Assembly: GCA_964016885.1 (NCBI GenBank)
Contig: OZ024744.1
Span: forward strand, 36,394,001-36,458,000
Length of the DNA stretch: 64,000 nt
From: Eledone cirrhosa
Taxonomy: Eukaryota
Reading direction: 5' to 3'
A model generated the notes under the pieces. It had not been told where the DNA came from, ran no database searches, and saw only the letters and a program-made list of their open reading frames with translations. Of the stretch, positions 1 through 12,512 are shown in pieces. Position numbers and translations under genes: made by a program. How positions within the stretch are numbered: position 1 is the stretch's first letter; each line of letters starts with the position of its first letter.

Positions 1-410
1 AACCTATTACTAAATATTCTCACGGAGCTGACAAGTGTCTCTAGGTCTTTCTCATTATTGCCATATAACTCCAGGTCATCGAAGAATTGAAAATGGTTTA
101 CTATTTTTCCTTCTTTCTTAAACTATATTCAGCATTTATTTTGCCAGGAAAATCTCAGTGATTTAATACGTTTCAACCAGTCTGGGTGCTTTCCAATTTG
201 GTAATTTTGCAGCGTATTTCACAATAAGCTTCTGAGTAATTATTACATCAACCTACTGTTTTAATTATCTTACTTCCTTTTGTATTTTAGTTATTCACTC
301 CGCCACGTTTCTATGGCTAACATTGTTGCCTCATATATCACTCTAAAACCCTTTGTTTCTCTTTGCATGAGAAGAGGTATCTCTAATTAATATCTGTAAT
401 TAGCCCACTT
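1..410 (-). mobile_element. Internally deleted remnant of an R4/Dong-like LINE reverse transcriptase
   Basis: Reverse strand reads KYAAKLPNWKAPR (~180-220, RT domain-0 NWKAPG motif) and DDLELYGNNEKDLETLVSSVRIFS (1-80, YMDDLKL region); the intervening RT domains are missing. Confidence 0.6.
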
Positions 411-584
411 CACGTCTCAGCCTCATTATGCTATTATTTATTCGTCTGTCCATTCTCCTTGTAACAAACATCTTTGGCTATTACATCTGCTTGCATTTTG
501 TACAGATTAATAGTATATATCCTATTAAATGGCGGAACAATATTGCTTCTATTTTGTTTATTTTTTGTTATTATTATTATTATT

Positions 585-766
585 GTGGATTGGCAGTATT
601 GGGAGAGGGTCGGACGCCATGCTTTGACGTATAGAGTTACGGCCCTTGCCATTCTGAGTTCAAATCCTGCCGAGGTTAACTTTGCCTTTCATCCTTACGG
701 GGTCGATAAAATAAAGTACCAGTAATGCACTGGGTAATTGCTGGCCTTGTGCCTAACGTAGAAACA
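585..766 (+). mobile_element. tRNA-derived SINE, copy 1, within (ATT)n
   Basis: A-box-like TGGCAGTATTGG, B-box GAGTTCAAATCC, central GCCTTTCATCCTTACGGGGTCGATAAAATAAAGTACC, 3' end GGCCTTGTGCCTAACGTAGAAACA followed by ATT repeats. Similar copies at 27301 and 36919. Confidence 0.85.
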
Positions 767-987
767 ATTATTATTATTATTGATCTGTTCGGACGTCCTT
801 TTTGCTCGCTCCCAGCAAGTCACTTTATTTGCCTGTTAAAATTATTTGTTGTTAAATATTTCTTGTTGTGTAGGTGATATAAGCCCTTAGACTTTGCCCT
901 GTGAAGGTGAAAGTAAAATATTTGGGCCTTTTGACCCAAATATTTGAACATTTTACTTTAAAAAAAAAAATTGTTTAAAAAAAAAAC

Positions 988-3057
988 ATGGCTGAGTCAC
1001 GCCCCCCCCCCCCCCCAGCAATATGTCTGATGTCGTCTGACAACGGCGTAAAAGTTGAGAGGAGGGTTACAAAAATTGTTACAACAGACACCACCACAAA
1101 CAACGTGAACAAAGACAACACTGAGAACACTAATTTCGAAAAGATTACCACACCAGCTACATCAATAACAGCGTCAACCAAAATACAGACAACAGAAAAA
1201 AATGACAACAAATGCAACAACGATATTAACACCACTAACAAGAAAATAAACAACGACAACACCAACAGCAACAATACAAATTGCACCGAAAACAACAGCA
1301 ACGGTGGCACCAAAAACACAACAAACTACAACATTGATAATAGCAACAACACCAACAACACCGTTCGTAGCAACAGCAACAACACCAACAACACCGTTCG
1401 TAGCAACAGCAACAACACCAACAAAAAGACCAGTAGCGACAGCAATAATGGTATCGCTAAAAAAGGGGCCACTTCTTTAGCAGATGTGGCCCGAAATATA
1501 GAAACAGTGCTAGCCATGAAAGGGATGGCAGTCGCAGGAGCCATGGTGTCGAGAAACGACAACATAGTTTCCCTGAAACCTCCACCCGATTTCTTCAAAG
1601 ACTGCGCACGGTGACTTACCGCACCGTAAGCAAAATGTCGCATCGGGTGGAGAGAGCCATGGAGGTTCAAATCCAAACGGCCTTGGGGCGCGTCTGGGCG
1701 CGGAAAACACACATCACCCGAGGCAAAAAGTACGGCACAATAGACGTACTTTTCGCCACCCACCAAGAGGCGAAGTCTCACTCTTTGGAAACCCTAAAGA
1801 GTGAGGAGATAGTCTTGGTGCCCTCCTACTGCGGGCAGAAAATTGTGAAGATCAAAGTAACCTAGGTCCCAACCGACGTGCCCATACATTGGCTGGCCGC
1901 GTCTGTACTGGCTGGAATCGAGGAGAAGACCACCATACGGCAAATACAGAGAATGGGAAGAGAGAACTGGTCAGGAATAGGCATGCAAATGCTAATACAG
2001 ACTGACCAGGAGTGCATCGAGGCCATCCCAGACCTCATAGACCTCGAAGAAGGGCTCCAACTTCCTATAAGCGTGGAAGGAAGGCGCCTAAAGTGCTATC
2101 TCTGTGGGCAGAAGGGTAACCTCAGGGTCTTCTGCCCGCAGAAGACAGCCAAGAAGAGGGCCCCCTCCTTCCGACGCCTGATCCGCTGCTACCAAAAGCA
2201 GGGCAGGCAACAGAGGCAGAAGAGCCTTCCATGGTAAGTAGGATGGCAACGTCCGTGGCACCGATAACAAGGCCACGGATAACTAAAGCAGCGGCAGCAG
2301 TGGCGGCAACACCAACAGTCACAGTAGCTACATCGGCGGTAAAATCGTCGCAGCAAGGTCCATTACCACCACCAACAGCAGTGTAGCTTATGCCCCTCCC
2401 GGACGCCGCGGGGTCCGAAATGGAGTGTGAGGTGGGAGGGAAGTGGCAAACGGTCTGCCACAAAAAAATAAAAAAGAAAAGAATCACTTAGATTCACCCT
2501 CCAAAATCAAACGCAGACAAAGAGGGGTAAAGGCTGCGAGGAGACTTGCAGCAACACCGCCACCACCAATATCACCAACACAAGCATCACCACCAACAAC
2601 AACCACACCACCATCACCAGAAACACCAACATCGCAAACACAACATAGCACACACACCCAACAGCAACAACAAGAAAACAGCAACAAAATCACCCCTCCC
2701 CCCAAAAAGTACACAGCCATAAACATGGCAAAAAGAGAACTCATACAATATATAAAGCAGCACACAGACATCACAGAAAAAAACTACTACACTCCACCAA
2801 CACCAAGAACTCTCCCGACAAACATAAGCATCATTGAAATCTCAATAGAACAGTACAAACCTTTAAAACAAAAATTCCCCAACGCAGCCGGAGACTTCAG
2901 AGGGTCTGTTACCAAGAGGATATACACTGACATCCTCTTGGAAACACCCATGACCAGTCAAAGGGTTCTACTGTCCCTTCACCACACGATCAAGGTAAGA
3001 GACCCTTTCTCACTTGCCCCGTTTCTAATCCAACATGGCCGTACTCAGAATAGGTAG
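988..3057 (+). pseudogene. Tx1 ORF1 (gag-like nucleic-acid-binding protein), disrupted
   Basis: Asn/Thr-rich N-terminus, middle region matching ORF1 of copy 3, knuckle CYLCGQKGNLRVFC, Pro/Thr-rich tail; several stops and frameshifts. Confidence 0.8.
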
Positions 3058-6000
3058 TATAAATGCACGTGGTCTGCTGTCATCTTGGAAGCAGGGTCAC
3101 CTGCTCAACGACCTCAGGTCACTAAACATAGATGTGGCGGCCGTCAGTGAGACCAGAATCTCCGAAGCAGAAGCCTTCGCACCGATCTTCGGCGGCTACG
3201 ATGTATACGCATCTCAAGCCGTCCAGGATCGGGGGGGATGGGTTGTCGTCCTTTTTCGGAGAGGCTTGGATCTCACCATACGGGCCATCTTCCTAGACCC
3301 AGAAGGTAAGTCGGTGGTGCTGGACGTGACAGGCAGCGAAGGCAATGCTTTCAGGCTAGTAGCCGTCCACGCCCCAACAGGGGCTGGACGGCCAGATTTT
3401 ATCAGACGTCTAGAGACCTTTCATGGAACGTCCCGCTCTTTAGTGTTAGTGGGCGACTGGAACGGTATCGTGGATGCACGCTGGGATAGTGTGGGGCTAG
3501 TGGATAGGGGAGGAGGGTGCAAGAGCCTCACCAACCTGCTCAAACGTTTTGAACTGTCTGACAGGTATCGACTGGGTCACCCGAATGTGCCAATGTGGAC
3601 ATGGACAAACCGTATCGGGTCATCCAGATCGTATCTCGATAGGGTATTCTGCAGAGAACTAGATAAGGCTAGTTTAAGTTGTCCACAATTTAAAATAGTC
3701 GACTACACAGACCACACATTTGTGATCTGTGAGATCGACATAGACAGATTTCATAGACAAGGGCCTGGTTACTGGAAGCTGAACGCGTCTTTCCCGGCGC
3801 GCAAAGCCAACAGAGACCGGATTAGCATATTAGTTAAGCGGGCGTTGACGGGTGCGGTCGTCAACAACAGGTGGTGGTTCGCCCTGAAAAGGGCAATTAA
3901 AGTAGAGTCGATTAGGTTTGCAAAGGACTAGTGATAGAGGAACATAGAGTAGAGGGAGAGCTAGTCAGAAGGCTAGAAGAGGCGTTTAGGACAGGCATCG
4001 CAACCGATGTGCTTGCGACGAATCGACCAATTCTTCAACGCAAATCATGAAGACTGCGTTGTCAAAGCTAGAACGTGTGCTCTAAGACACGATGGGACGA
4101 AAGCCATTCAATGGGCCCGGGTGGTGGTGGGGCGACGTGGCAACAAGTCCACAATTCGGTCTTTGCCTGATCAAAACGTTGCATATAAAGCAGCACACAA
4201 ACATCACAAAGAAAAAAAAAAACTACTACACCCCACCAACACCAAGAACTCTCCCGACAAACATAAGCATCATTGAAATCTCAATAGAACATTGCAAACT
4301 TTTAGAGCAAAAATTCCCCAACGCAGTTGGAGTCTTCAGACGGTCGGTTACCAAGAGGATATAAACCGACATCCTCTTGGAAACACCCATGACGGCTTTT
4401 CAACAGCACTTTGCTCAATTGTTCGGGAGCGGCGGCGGGCTGGATCGGTGTATGGACTTTGGTGCATACCTCGACGGACTGCCGCGGCTTTTGACGACCG
4501 CAGTGCAGGGCTGCGAAAAGCCGATAACAGCAGGTGAAATACGGGAAGCGATGTCTGACTGCACGAGGGGTAAATCGCCAGCTTTGGATGGTCTGCTCTA
4601 CGAGCTTTATGCGTATATGCCAGACTAGTTCGGGGGCTTCTTGGCAGATGTCTACTGCAACTGGCAGCAGAACAGGAGCATTCCCAGTATTGTGAGCCGG
4701 GGAGCCGTGGCGCTGCTGGGAAAAGACCCGAACAAGGGGACGTTATAGACAACTTCAGGCGCATAACTCTGCTAAACGCAGAGTTTAAGATTTTGGCCAA
4801 GGTGTTAGCAAAGAGATTGGTGCTTGTCGTCGGTGATCTGGTAGGAGAGGCGCAGTCATGCGCCATCTCGGACAGATCCATCCACGGCAACCTCCACCTC
4901 ATGTGATTCATCATAGAGAGGGTGGTTAAGGAAACTGGCCAGGGTGGAGCCCTGATCAACTTGGATCAATCTAAAGCATTTGATAGGGTCGACCATCGGT
5001 ACCTGGCTGCGGTCTTCGAGGTCGCCGGTTTAGGGCCCGTCTGCAGAGGCGTGATCGCTGACATGCACAGCGACATCTGCTCGATTGTGAGGGTGAATGG
5101 TCACATTTCGCAGCCGTTCAGCATCATGCGCTCGGTCCTCCAGGGTACTCCCCTCTCGTCCCTCTTGTACGTATTGGCTCTTGAGCCGTTACTACACAAA
5201 TTGAAGACGAATGGCGTGGGGGGGGATACGGGAGATCCGTGTCAGCATACGCCCACTACGTCACCGTGCTGGTGTCGAGCACCAAACACGTCCAGATGCT
5301 CGCCACCGCTCAAAGGAATACGAAGATGTGACAGGAGCAAAGATAAACCAGGAAAAGTCGGTGTGCTTGCAACTCGGCACCTGGAGAGGCACTGGACGGA
5401 AGGACCGGTTAAATTGCTCGGGGTCTGGTTCGGTTCGGACCTCCAGATGGAGAAAATCTGGAGTGAGGTGACGAGCAGGGTCGCCTCTCTCACTCAGAAA
5501 TGGGCCGAGAGAAGGCCGTCTCTGAAAGGTCGGGCGGAGGTGGTGAATGCGTACATAGCTTCCGTCATCCTCTACCACCTGACCGTTGTACATTGCCGCA
5601 GCCCAACTCTGACCAAAATGGAACGCCTTCCCTTCCGCTTTTTGTGGAAGGGACGTGCTCCCATGGTCAGACGATCCATTTGCTGTTAACACTCTGTGCG
5701 TGGAGGACTAGGCATGCCGTGGCTGATAATACACAAACATGCGCTGAGACTGCGATATCTCTGGTGCTTCCTCGAGGGTAAACAGGTGTGGTCGCCGTTT
5801 GCCAGACGCAATTTTCCCCAGCTCGTCTCCTTGACGGAGCTGCAGTCCTGGATCAGAAAAAGATCGAGGGATAGCGCTTGGAAGCTGGAATGTCTCCAAG
5901 CGCTCACCGCCCTCTACCGGTTGGGCACTAGTATCGGTGGAATATCCAGCTCGGCGTTCTATAGAGGGCTAGTGGAGGGAAAGAGCGACGACGTTGACGG

Positions 6001-6434
6001 GGAGACCCTGGGTGTCGAAGACGATCAGCTGTTCGCTCTCTTCAAGAGAACTTTCAGACAGGGGCCTATGGACAACTTTCAGAAATCCCTGGCCTCGCAG
6101 TGCTACCGGGGAGCGTTATCGGTTCGGGATAAGCTCTACAGACACGGAAGTGCCGTCAGCTGAGCCTGTCCGAGATGCGCGCAGGGCGACGAAACGGTCC
6201 TCCACGCACTCGTTCAGTGCCCGAGGATTGCTGACTTGTGGAGCTATGTCGAACATTTGCTGTCGCGTGTAGGACGAATCCAGTTATGGACTGAGTCTAT
6301 TGTGCAGATAGCCCCGCCATTCTCCTTTAATGAGGAGGAAGGGCTGGCAGTTTTCATCTGCCTGGTGGCCTTGGCGAAAGAGATTGTGTGGTGGACAAGA
6401 TTGAAAGGGTTGAAAATGGACAAGTTTCACTTGA
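3035..6434 (+). pseudogene. Tx1 ORF2 (APE endonuclease-reverse transcriptase), disrupted
   Basis: APE motifs SINARGL, VSETR, GDWN, SYLDR, TDH, GPGYWKLN; RT motifs GKSPALDG, ITLLNAEFKILAK, LDQSKAFDRVDH, QGTPLS; CPRC...ETVLHALVQC. Confidence 0.9.
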
Positions 6435-8000
6435 TTATGTACTCCCGCTACGTTGATGATATAAACATCGTAGTAAAAACACCCCCACCAGAGAACAGTC
6501 AGGAATTAGAGAAAAACACCATGGAAAGCATCCAGAAAATAGCTAACTCCACCCACCAGAGTATTAAAGTTACTATAGACTACCCAAGCAAACACCTCAA
6601 CCATCGATTACCTGTACTAGACACAGGGCTCTGGTTAGAAACCATTAATAACAAAAAACAAATCCTCCATTCTCATTATGCCAAACCCATGACTTCTAAA
6701 TACCTGATCCACCGAAACTCAGCTGTTTCGGATCACACCAAAATCAACATACTGATTGCGGATTTGGTACGGGTGATGAGGAACGTGTCCCGCATGTGCA
6801 ACCCCAAAGAACTAGAGATACCCATACAACACCTCATCCACCGTATGCAGTTCTCTGGTTACAACCTGAGAGATAAAATCAGAGTATATAGAGGAGCCAG
6901 AACCAAATGGGAAAAAATGTAAATAATGATACAAATGGGACCTGCCCCTTGTATAGGAGAACATTTTGGAATAGAATAGAACGAACTAGGAATAAGGTTA
7001 ATAGAATAAACTCATGGTATGATAGCAATAAATACCAGAGTGTAATATTCATCAATACAACCCCTAGAGGTGAACTGGCTTACAAATTTAGAAGGGCCCT
7101 AGATAAACTTAAACTAAATATTAAGATAGTGGAAAGACCAGGTACCTCCATAAAAATACTTATTAGTAATACATACCCTTTTCAAAGACCTCCCTGTATA
7201 GATAAGAAATGTATAATCTGTAAACTAAGCCCCCATATTAACTGTAAAACTAGAAACATAGTATATAGCCTAAGATGTACTGAAGGACAATGTAAAGATA
7301 AGAATATAGTGTACATAGGTGAGACAGCTCGTAGTATAGGGGAACGGTTAAATGAACACTGGCAAGACCTTCAAGATAGTAAAGAATCATCTGTACTCTA
7401 CCAACATGCTAAACTAGAACATAAGGGGAAATTAGAGAACATAGAAATAAAAATATAATCTACACACAGAAAAAACGCAATGTTTAGACAAATCCCAGAG
7501 GCAATAAACATAAATGAACTCCAACCAAATTAAATAGAAAACATGAATGGAATAGCAACATCACAACTTACAATTAAGGACAAAATGAAAACACACACAC
7601 ATAGAACAAACAACTAACTAGTAACATGTAAATAAACAAATAAATAAACAAATAAAAACACACACAGACACTCAGATGTAACACATACTCAAACTAAGCA
7701 CACAACACACACAAAAACAAGATGGCGTAGGACAGAACAAAGGAGAGGCAGAAAACCAAGAAAAGAACCCCGGTCACTGATGAGGTCACAGAATATGTGA
7801 CGAAAGAACTTTGACAATATATGAACAACGGTCCGTTGTGGAACCAACCAACCAACCGGAAATATATAAAAAAATTTAATTTATAATTTAACTCATAATA
7901 AATTGGAGTGTAACAACTGGTCCGTGTGTTTCTTATTGGCAAAGTATAACAATATCGGTTTCAACACACGTTTTCAGATAAAGAATCTTGCTAAAGAAAT
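6434..8000 (+). mobile_element. 5'-truncated Penelope-like element (RT C-terminal half, GIY-YIG endonuclease, 3' pLTR region)
   Basis: YSRYVDD, LPVLD, Cys linker CIDKKCIIC, NIVYSLRC...YIGETARSIGERLNEH; ends at (TA)n; second copy at 38671-39645. Confidence 0.88.
7773..7815 (+). ncRNA. Minimal type I hammerhead ribozyme motif in the Penelope 3' region
   Basis: gtca-CTGATGA-g-gtcaca gaata tgtgac-GAAA-g aa c-TT-tgac: core boxes, 6-bp stem II, very short stem III, stem I gtca/tgac. Confidence 0.7.
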
Positions 8001-8019
8001 TCAATATATATATATATAT

Positions 8020-11000
8020 ACGATATTAAACAAATGGAAACTATATTTATAAAACCATATTTATTTCATTATATATATTTCAGGGATACCATATTAAAAA
8101 TATGGCATGCCTTTCTCAGACAAAATACAATATATAAACCGTTTTATAAATAAATTTGGCATACCTAGAACAGTGCAACTTCCATTTAAAAAGTTGATTT
8201 GGTAGTGAAAATGTTGAGGGCAGTTAAAAAAAAAGAAGGACGAAGAGAAAAAAGAAAAAAAGAAGAAAAAAGAAAAAAGAAGAGAAGAAGAAAGAAAGTG
8301 TATAGTGCTAAGGACAGTTAGAGAAGAAGATGAAGAGATGTATGTAAAGAAAACAACAGAGCGAGATAGAGAGAAAGAGATATGGGAGAGAGAAATATAT
8401 TGAGGAAGTGAAAAATGATAGGCAGCTTGGAGACAGATGATCAGCGTACAAATGAGATATTAAGGAGGGAAGGGGGTACTGTAATTATTTATTTATTTAT
8501 TTATGATAAATAAAGAGAGGTAGAGAGAGATATATGTGGTGGGAGAAAAGAGGTAGATCGAGTAATATCTATCATACGAGGTGGGAGAGATACAGTTAAA
8601 AATTAAAACAGCCGATATATAAGTCCCGTCAAGTGTAGAGGAGAAAAAGAAAGAAAGATGATATATTTAAAATATTATGTCTCGTCCATTTGAATTATCA
8701 ATTCATATGAATTAGGTATTACAATGTAGATGTCAATATTCATGAATGAGACACATATCAATAATGTGTGAAAAAATGAAAAAATAATGACCCCATGTTT
8801 AGTTTAAAAATTCTTAGGTTTATAAGCAAAATCTGAGATAAAACTTCAAAAATAGTGAAATACATAAGTATATATGTATTTTCATGAAAAAAGAAAAAGA
8901 GAAAAGAGAAGGTTATCTCAAATTCAAGTTGACAATTATGGACACACATGTGAATTTACGTGATCGGCTCTGTAAAATCATATTTTCATGAAAAGCTTCA
9001 TTGCGTTACAAAAGATTCCACCATACATATATGTACATACATATATATATAGACATAAAGTGTACATTAATATTAATAATAATATTATTCTTGCCCTCAC
9101 TTACATGATTATCGTTCAAGCATAGAATAGACAACAGATATCAATATATTAAAAATATATTAAAAATATATACTAAAAACATATATTAAAAACGCCAAGA
9201 ATATCTTCGTCACTCCACAGAGTAACTAGGGACGCAATAAAACATAGTATGCCACGCATATCAACCACAGAAAACCACCCTTCAAATTTATTTAACAATA
9301 TATTGTCAAGTTCATTAGAAGCAATCAGAATCAAAAGTAAACTAAACCAAAATTATTCAACAAACCTTATTTAGCAGAAATCATTCAAAAAAAAAATTTA
9401 TTCTACAAATGCTCTTATATTTATTATAGAAGTTTATCTAGCTTAAAAATGTATTCAATAGATTGGGAACATCACCATTATAGGGTACTTTAATTAATCT
9501 TATTAATTTATATACTCATGCAGAAGGTTTTTTAAAAAATTGAAGGAATCGAAAGATTTATCGGCAAGTTTCATAAATAGTTAAATATCTTAAGTAAATA
9601 TACTACATTTTAAATTTATATTTATATTTAAAAGTTGAGTTCAATCTATGTCTGCAGCAGCTGAATAAATTGGTCCGTAAATTAAGGGAATTTTTAGATT
9701 TTAGTATAAAGAATATCTCCTCCGCGCAGAGGTCACATGTCTCAGAAGAGGAATTAAAAGGAATCCCTTTTGAGACTATATTCCAAACCATCGAATATCC
9801 AACGTTATCATGTTTAAGTTGCCAGAGTAAACCTGATAGTGATGTTGAAGATGTTTTACTTGGATCCGTGAAAGAATTCTTGTGATTATTATAGCGAAGT
9901 TTAAATTCTGTCGAGGTGGAACCAACATAATTAAAAGAATTTAAGTCAGTTTTAACATTACAGTTGTATATTATATTTTTAACTAAGCAATTGTTATTTA
10001 GCGGACATTTAGATCTATCTCTACAGTTACAGTTGTTTACTTGAATATTGTTTAGGCTATTTTCGGTATTTTGGCTAGGTTTTAGATTCCTATTATTTAT
10101 TCTATTAATATTTTGTGCTAAATTTTTGGTGGACGAGTATGTTAATTTTATAGTATGTCTATTGAAAATTGAGTGATACTTATGTGTTCTAGGGAAGCGT
10201 TTGTCAAGAGCATTAAAAAATAGTTTAGCGATGTGGGTTTTAATGTTTAGTGAGGAAGGGGGGGGGGGCAAACCATATTATATTTCTAGTTCTATTTCTT
10301 TTCTGGTTTTTGGAATTATTGTAATGCTTTCTATTATAGTTGTTAAAGTTGTTACTGTGATTAAAATTGTTGTTATTTCGGTTAGTTTGTCTATTATCGA
10401 TGTACATAATTGTATCACTATATCCTGCTCTAGCTAACGCATCATTGTAATACTGGGCTTTTTCGTCGAAAATATTTTTTATTAGATGAGATTCTAGAGA
10501 TACGTTTTTGAACAGAGTTCACTATCGTATTTTTGACAGATCTGGGGTGATTAGAGCTAAAACTGACATAATTCAAGTTTTCATTTAACTTGTGAAATGG
10601 ATAGTGAAGGCATGTGTTGAGATTTAATGTTACATCTAGGAAATTGACTATTCTATGGTTATTTTCAATTTCTATTTTTAGATTAAGGTAATTAAAAAAT
10701 TGTATAATTTGTTTTCTTTTTCTATTAAGTTCACATTTATTATTTTCAATAAGTAAAAGCATGTCATCTCTATATAATCCTCCGGTAAGACCGGGTATTT
10801 TCCTATGCAGCGAATTAATTATAAATAGGCCCACAAGGTCCGTTACCTGAGCTGAGTCGGATGATCCCATAGTAATGTCAAAATTATTATCTCTATCTGC
10901 CCTAGTCCATAGTTGGTTATTAAATTCTATCAATGTTTTCCTTGCCGATAATATAATGTGCATTTCATTGCTAGTTAGGTCTGTATGTTTGAATGCGTAA

Positions 11001-12512
11001 TTTAGAGCCTTATTTAGTAGATTAGGGGTAATAGATGAATAGTAGTTAGCAATATCTAGTTGAATAAATTTATTATTATTGTTATATTTAATTTCATTAA
11101 ATCACTCAATGACCTCCCAAGTTCCCTTCCACAAGGTCAAGTTAGGTAAACAGTTCAAGTTTTTAATTTGCTGTATCACCCTGTCTAGAATGTTTTTGCT
11201 AAGCTTACCCAGGTCAGATTTTGATGGTGCAATCAATCTGACTGGCAAGTCATTTTCAAAATTCCTTTTATGATCTTTCATATTGATCTTGGGTTTCCTG
11301 GGCACGAAAGGTTGTGTTTTGTTCTCAATTTCCAACTCATGCATTATACAAGATGCCTCAACATTCATTTTCTCAAGTTCAGCCTTATCTGCTACCTTGT
11401 ACTTTTTCCTTAGTTCTTTCAGTATGAGGCCATTATACATGTCTTTTTCCACTCCATAGAGGTTGTTGGTTTTGTCCGATTTCACCAAGATCTTCTCTGT
11501 TCTCTCTAACCTCACAATATTATCCTTAAAGCTTTTCAGATACTCCTGGCCTTTGAAGTTTCTCTTGAATTTGACTCCTTGTATGATAGAAATTATATCG
11601 TTTTCAAAATCAATTAAAAGTTTGTTGGGGGGTGGATTTTTTTGGATTTGAAAACTTTGTCTAAGTCTGAGACATTTTCATTTATATTAGATTTATCAAA
11701 GTGGAATGCACGCCGCCTGATTCTCCTTATAAAAGAGTCTGATTTATCTATTAGTTGTTTAATAAAGTCCTTGTTTCTAGGTAGAGATATGTCTTTTAGA
11801 GAAGAAGAGATCTTAAAGAATTCCATTTTTTCAGTTATAATATAAAGCGCTCAACAGTATTGGAGCAAAATATATGCAAAAGTTTTATTTAAAATTGTAG
11901 GGTTACAACGAGTAAATATTTTATAACTGATATAAAGGCACTCAACAGGTTTTGGAGTAGGTTTACGATATTAAACAAATGGAAACTATATTTATAAAAC
12001 CATATTTATTTCATTATATATATTTCAGGGATACCATATTAAAAATATGGCATGCCTTTCTCAGACAAAATACAATATATAAACCGTTTTATAAATAAAT
12101 TTGACATACCTAGAACAGTGCAACTTCCATTTAAAAAGTTGATTTGGTAGTGAAAATGTTGAGGACAGTTAAAAAAAAAGGACGAAGAGAAAAAAGAAAA
12201 AAAGAAGAAAAAAGAAAAAAGAAGAGAAGAAGAAAGAAAGTGTATAGTGCTAAGGACAGTTAGAGAAGAAGATGAAGAGATGTATGTAAAGAAAACAACA
12301 GAGCGAGATAGAGAGAAAGAGATATGGGAGAGAGAAATATATTGAGGAAGTGAAAAATGATAGGCAGCTTGGAGACAGATGATCAGCGTACAAATGAGAT
12401 ATTAAGGAGGGAAGGGGGTACTGTAATTATTTATTTATTTATTTATTTATTTAGTTATAGTGTTAAGGATACGGAGAGAAATATGATAAATAAAGAGAGG
12501 TAGAGAGAGATA
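8020..12512 (-). mobile_element. Near full-length Penelope-like element (Naiad-like) with ~500-bp direct terminal repeats (probable pLTRs)
   Basis: ORF fragments 11826 to 9603 contain KSDKT, PVRLI, MGSSDSAQVTDLVG, GLYRDD, FLDVTLNL, SNHP, CNCxxxxxCPL, YVGST and CDLC...CCRH. Bases 8020-8533 are repeated at 11966-12512. Confidence 0.85.
9603..11826 (-). pseudogene. Penelope RT-GIY-YIG polyprotein, frameshifted
   Basis: Colinear ORF-track pieces 11614-11826, 11102-11515, 10442-10963 and 9603-10271. Confidence 0.85.

Larger units (their letters stand above)
782..6434 (+). mobile_element. Tx1/L1-clade non-LTR retrotransposon, copy 1 (5' end present, 3' end replaced by a Penelope element)
   Basis: Starts directly after the SINE ATT tail. 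ORF1 with zinc knuckle; ORF2 with APE, RT and C-terminal CCHC; homologous to 44742-47786 and 52205-58027. Confidence 0.92.

Noticed and set aside
585-680. tRNA gene (A and B boxes)
   Set aside because: No complete cloverleaf; it continues into a SINE body whose other copies have TSDs.
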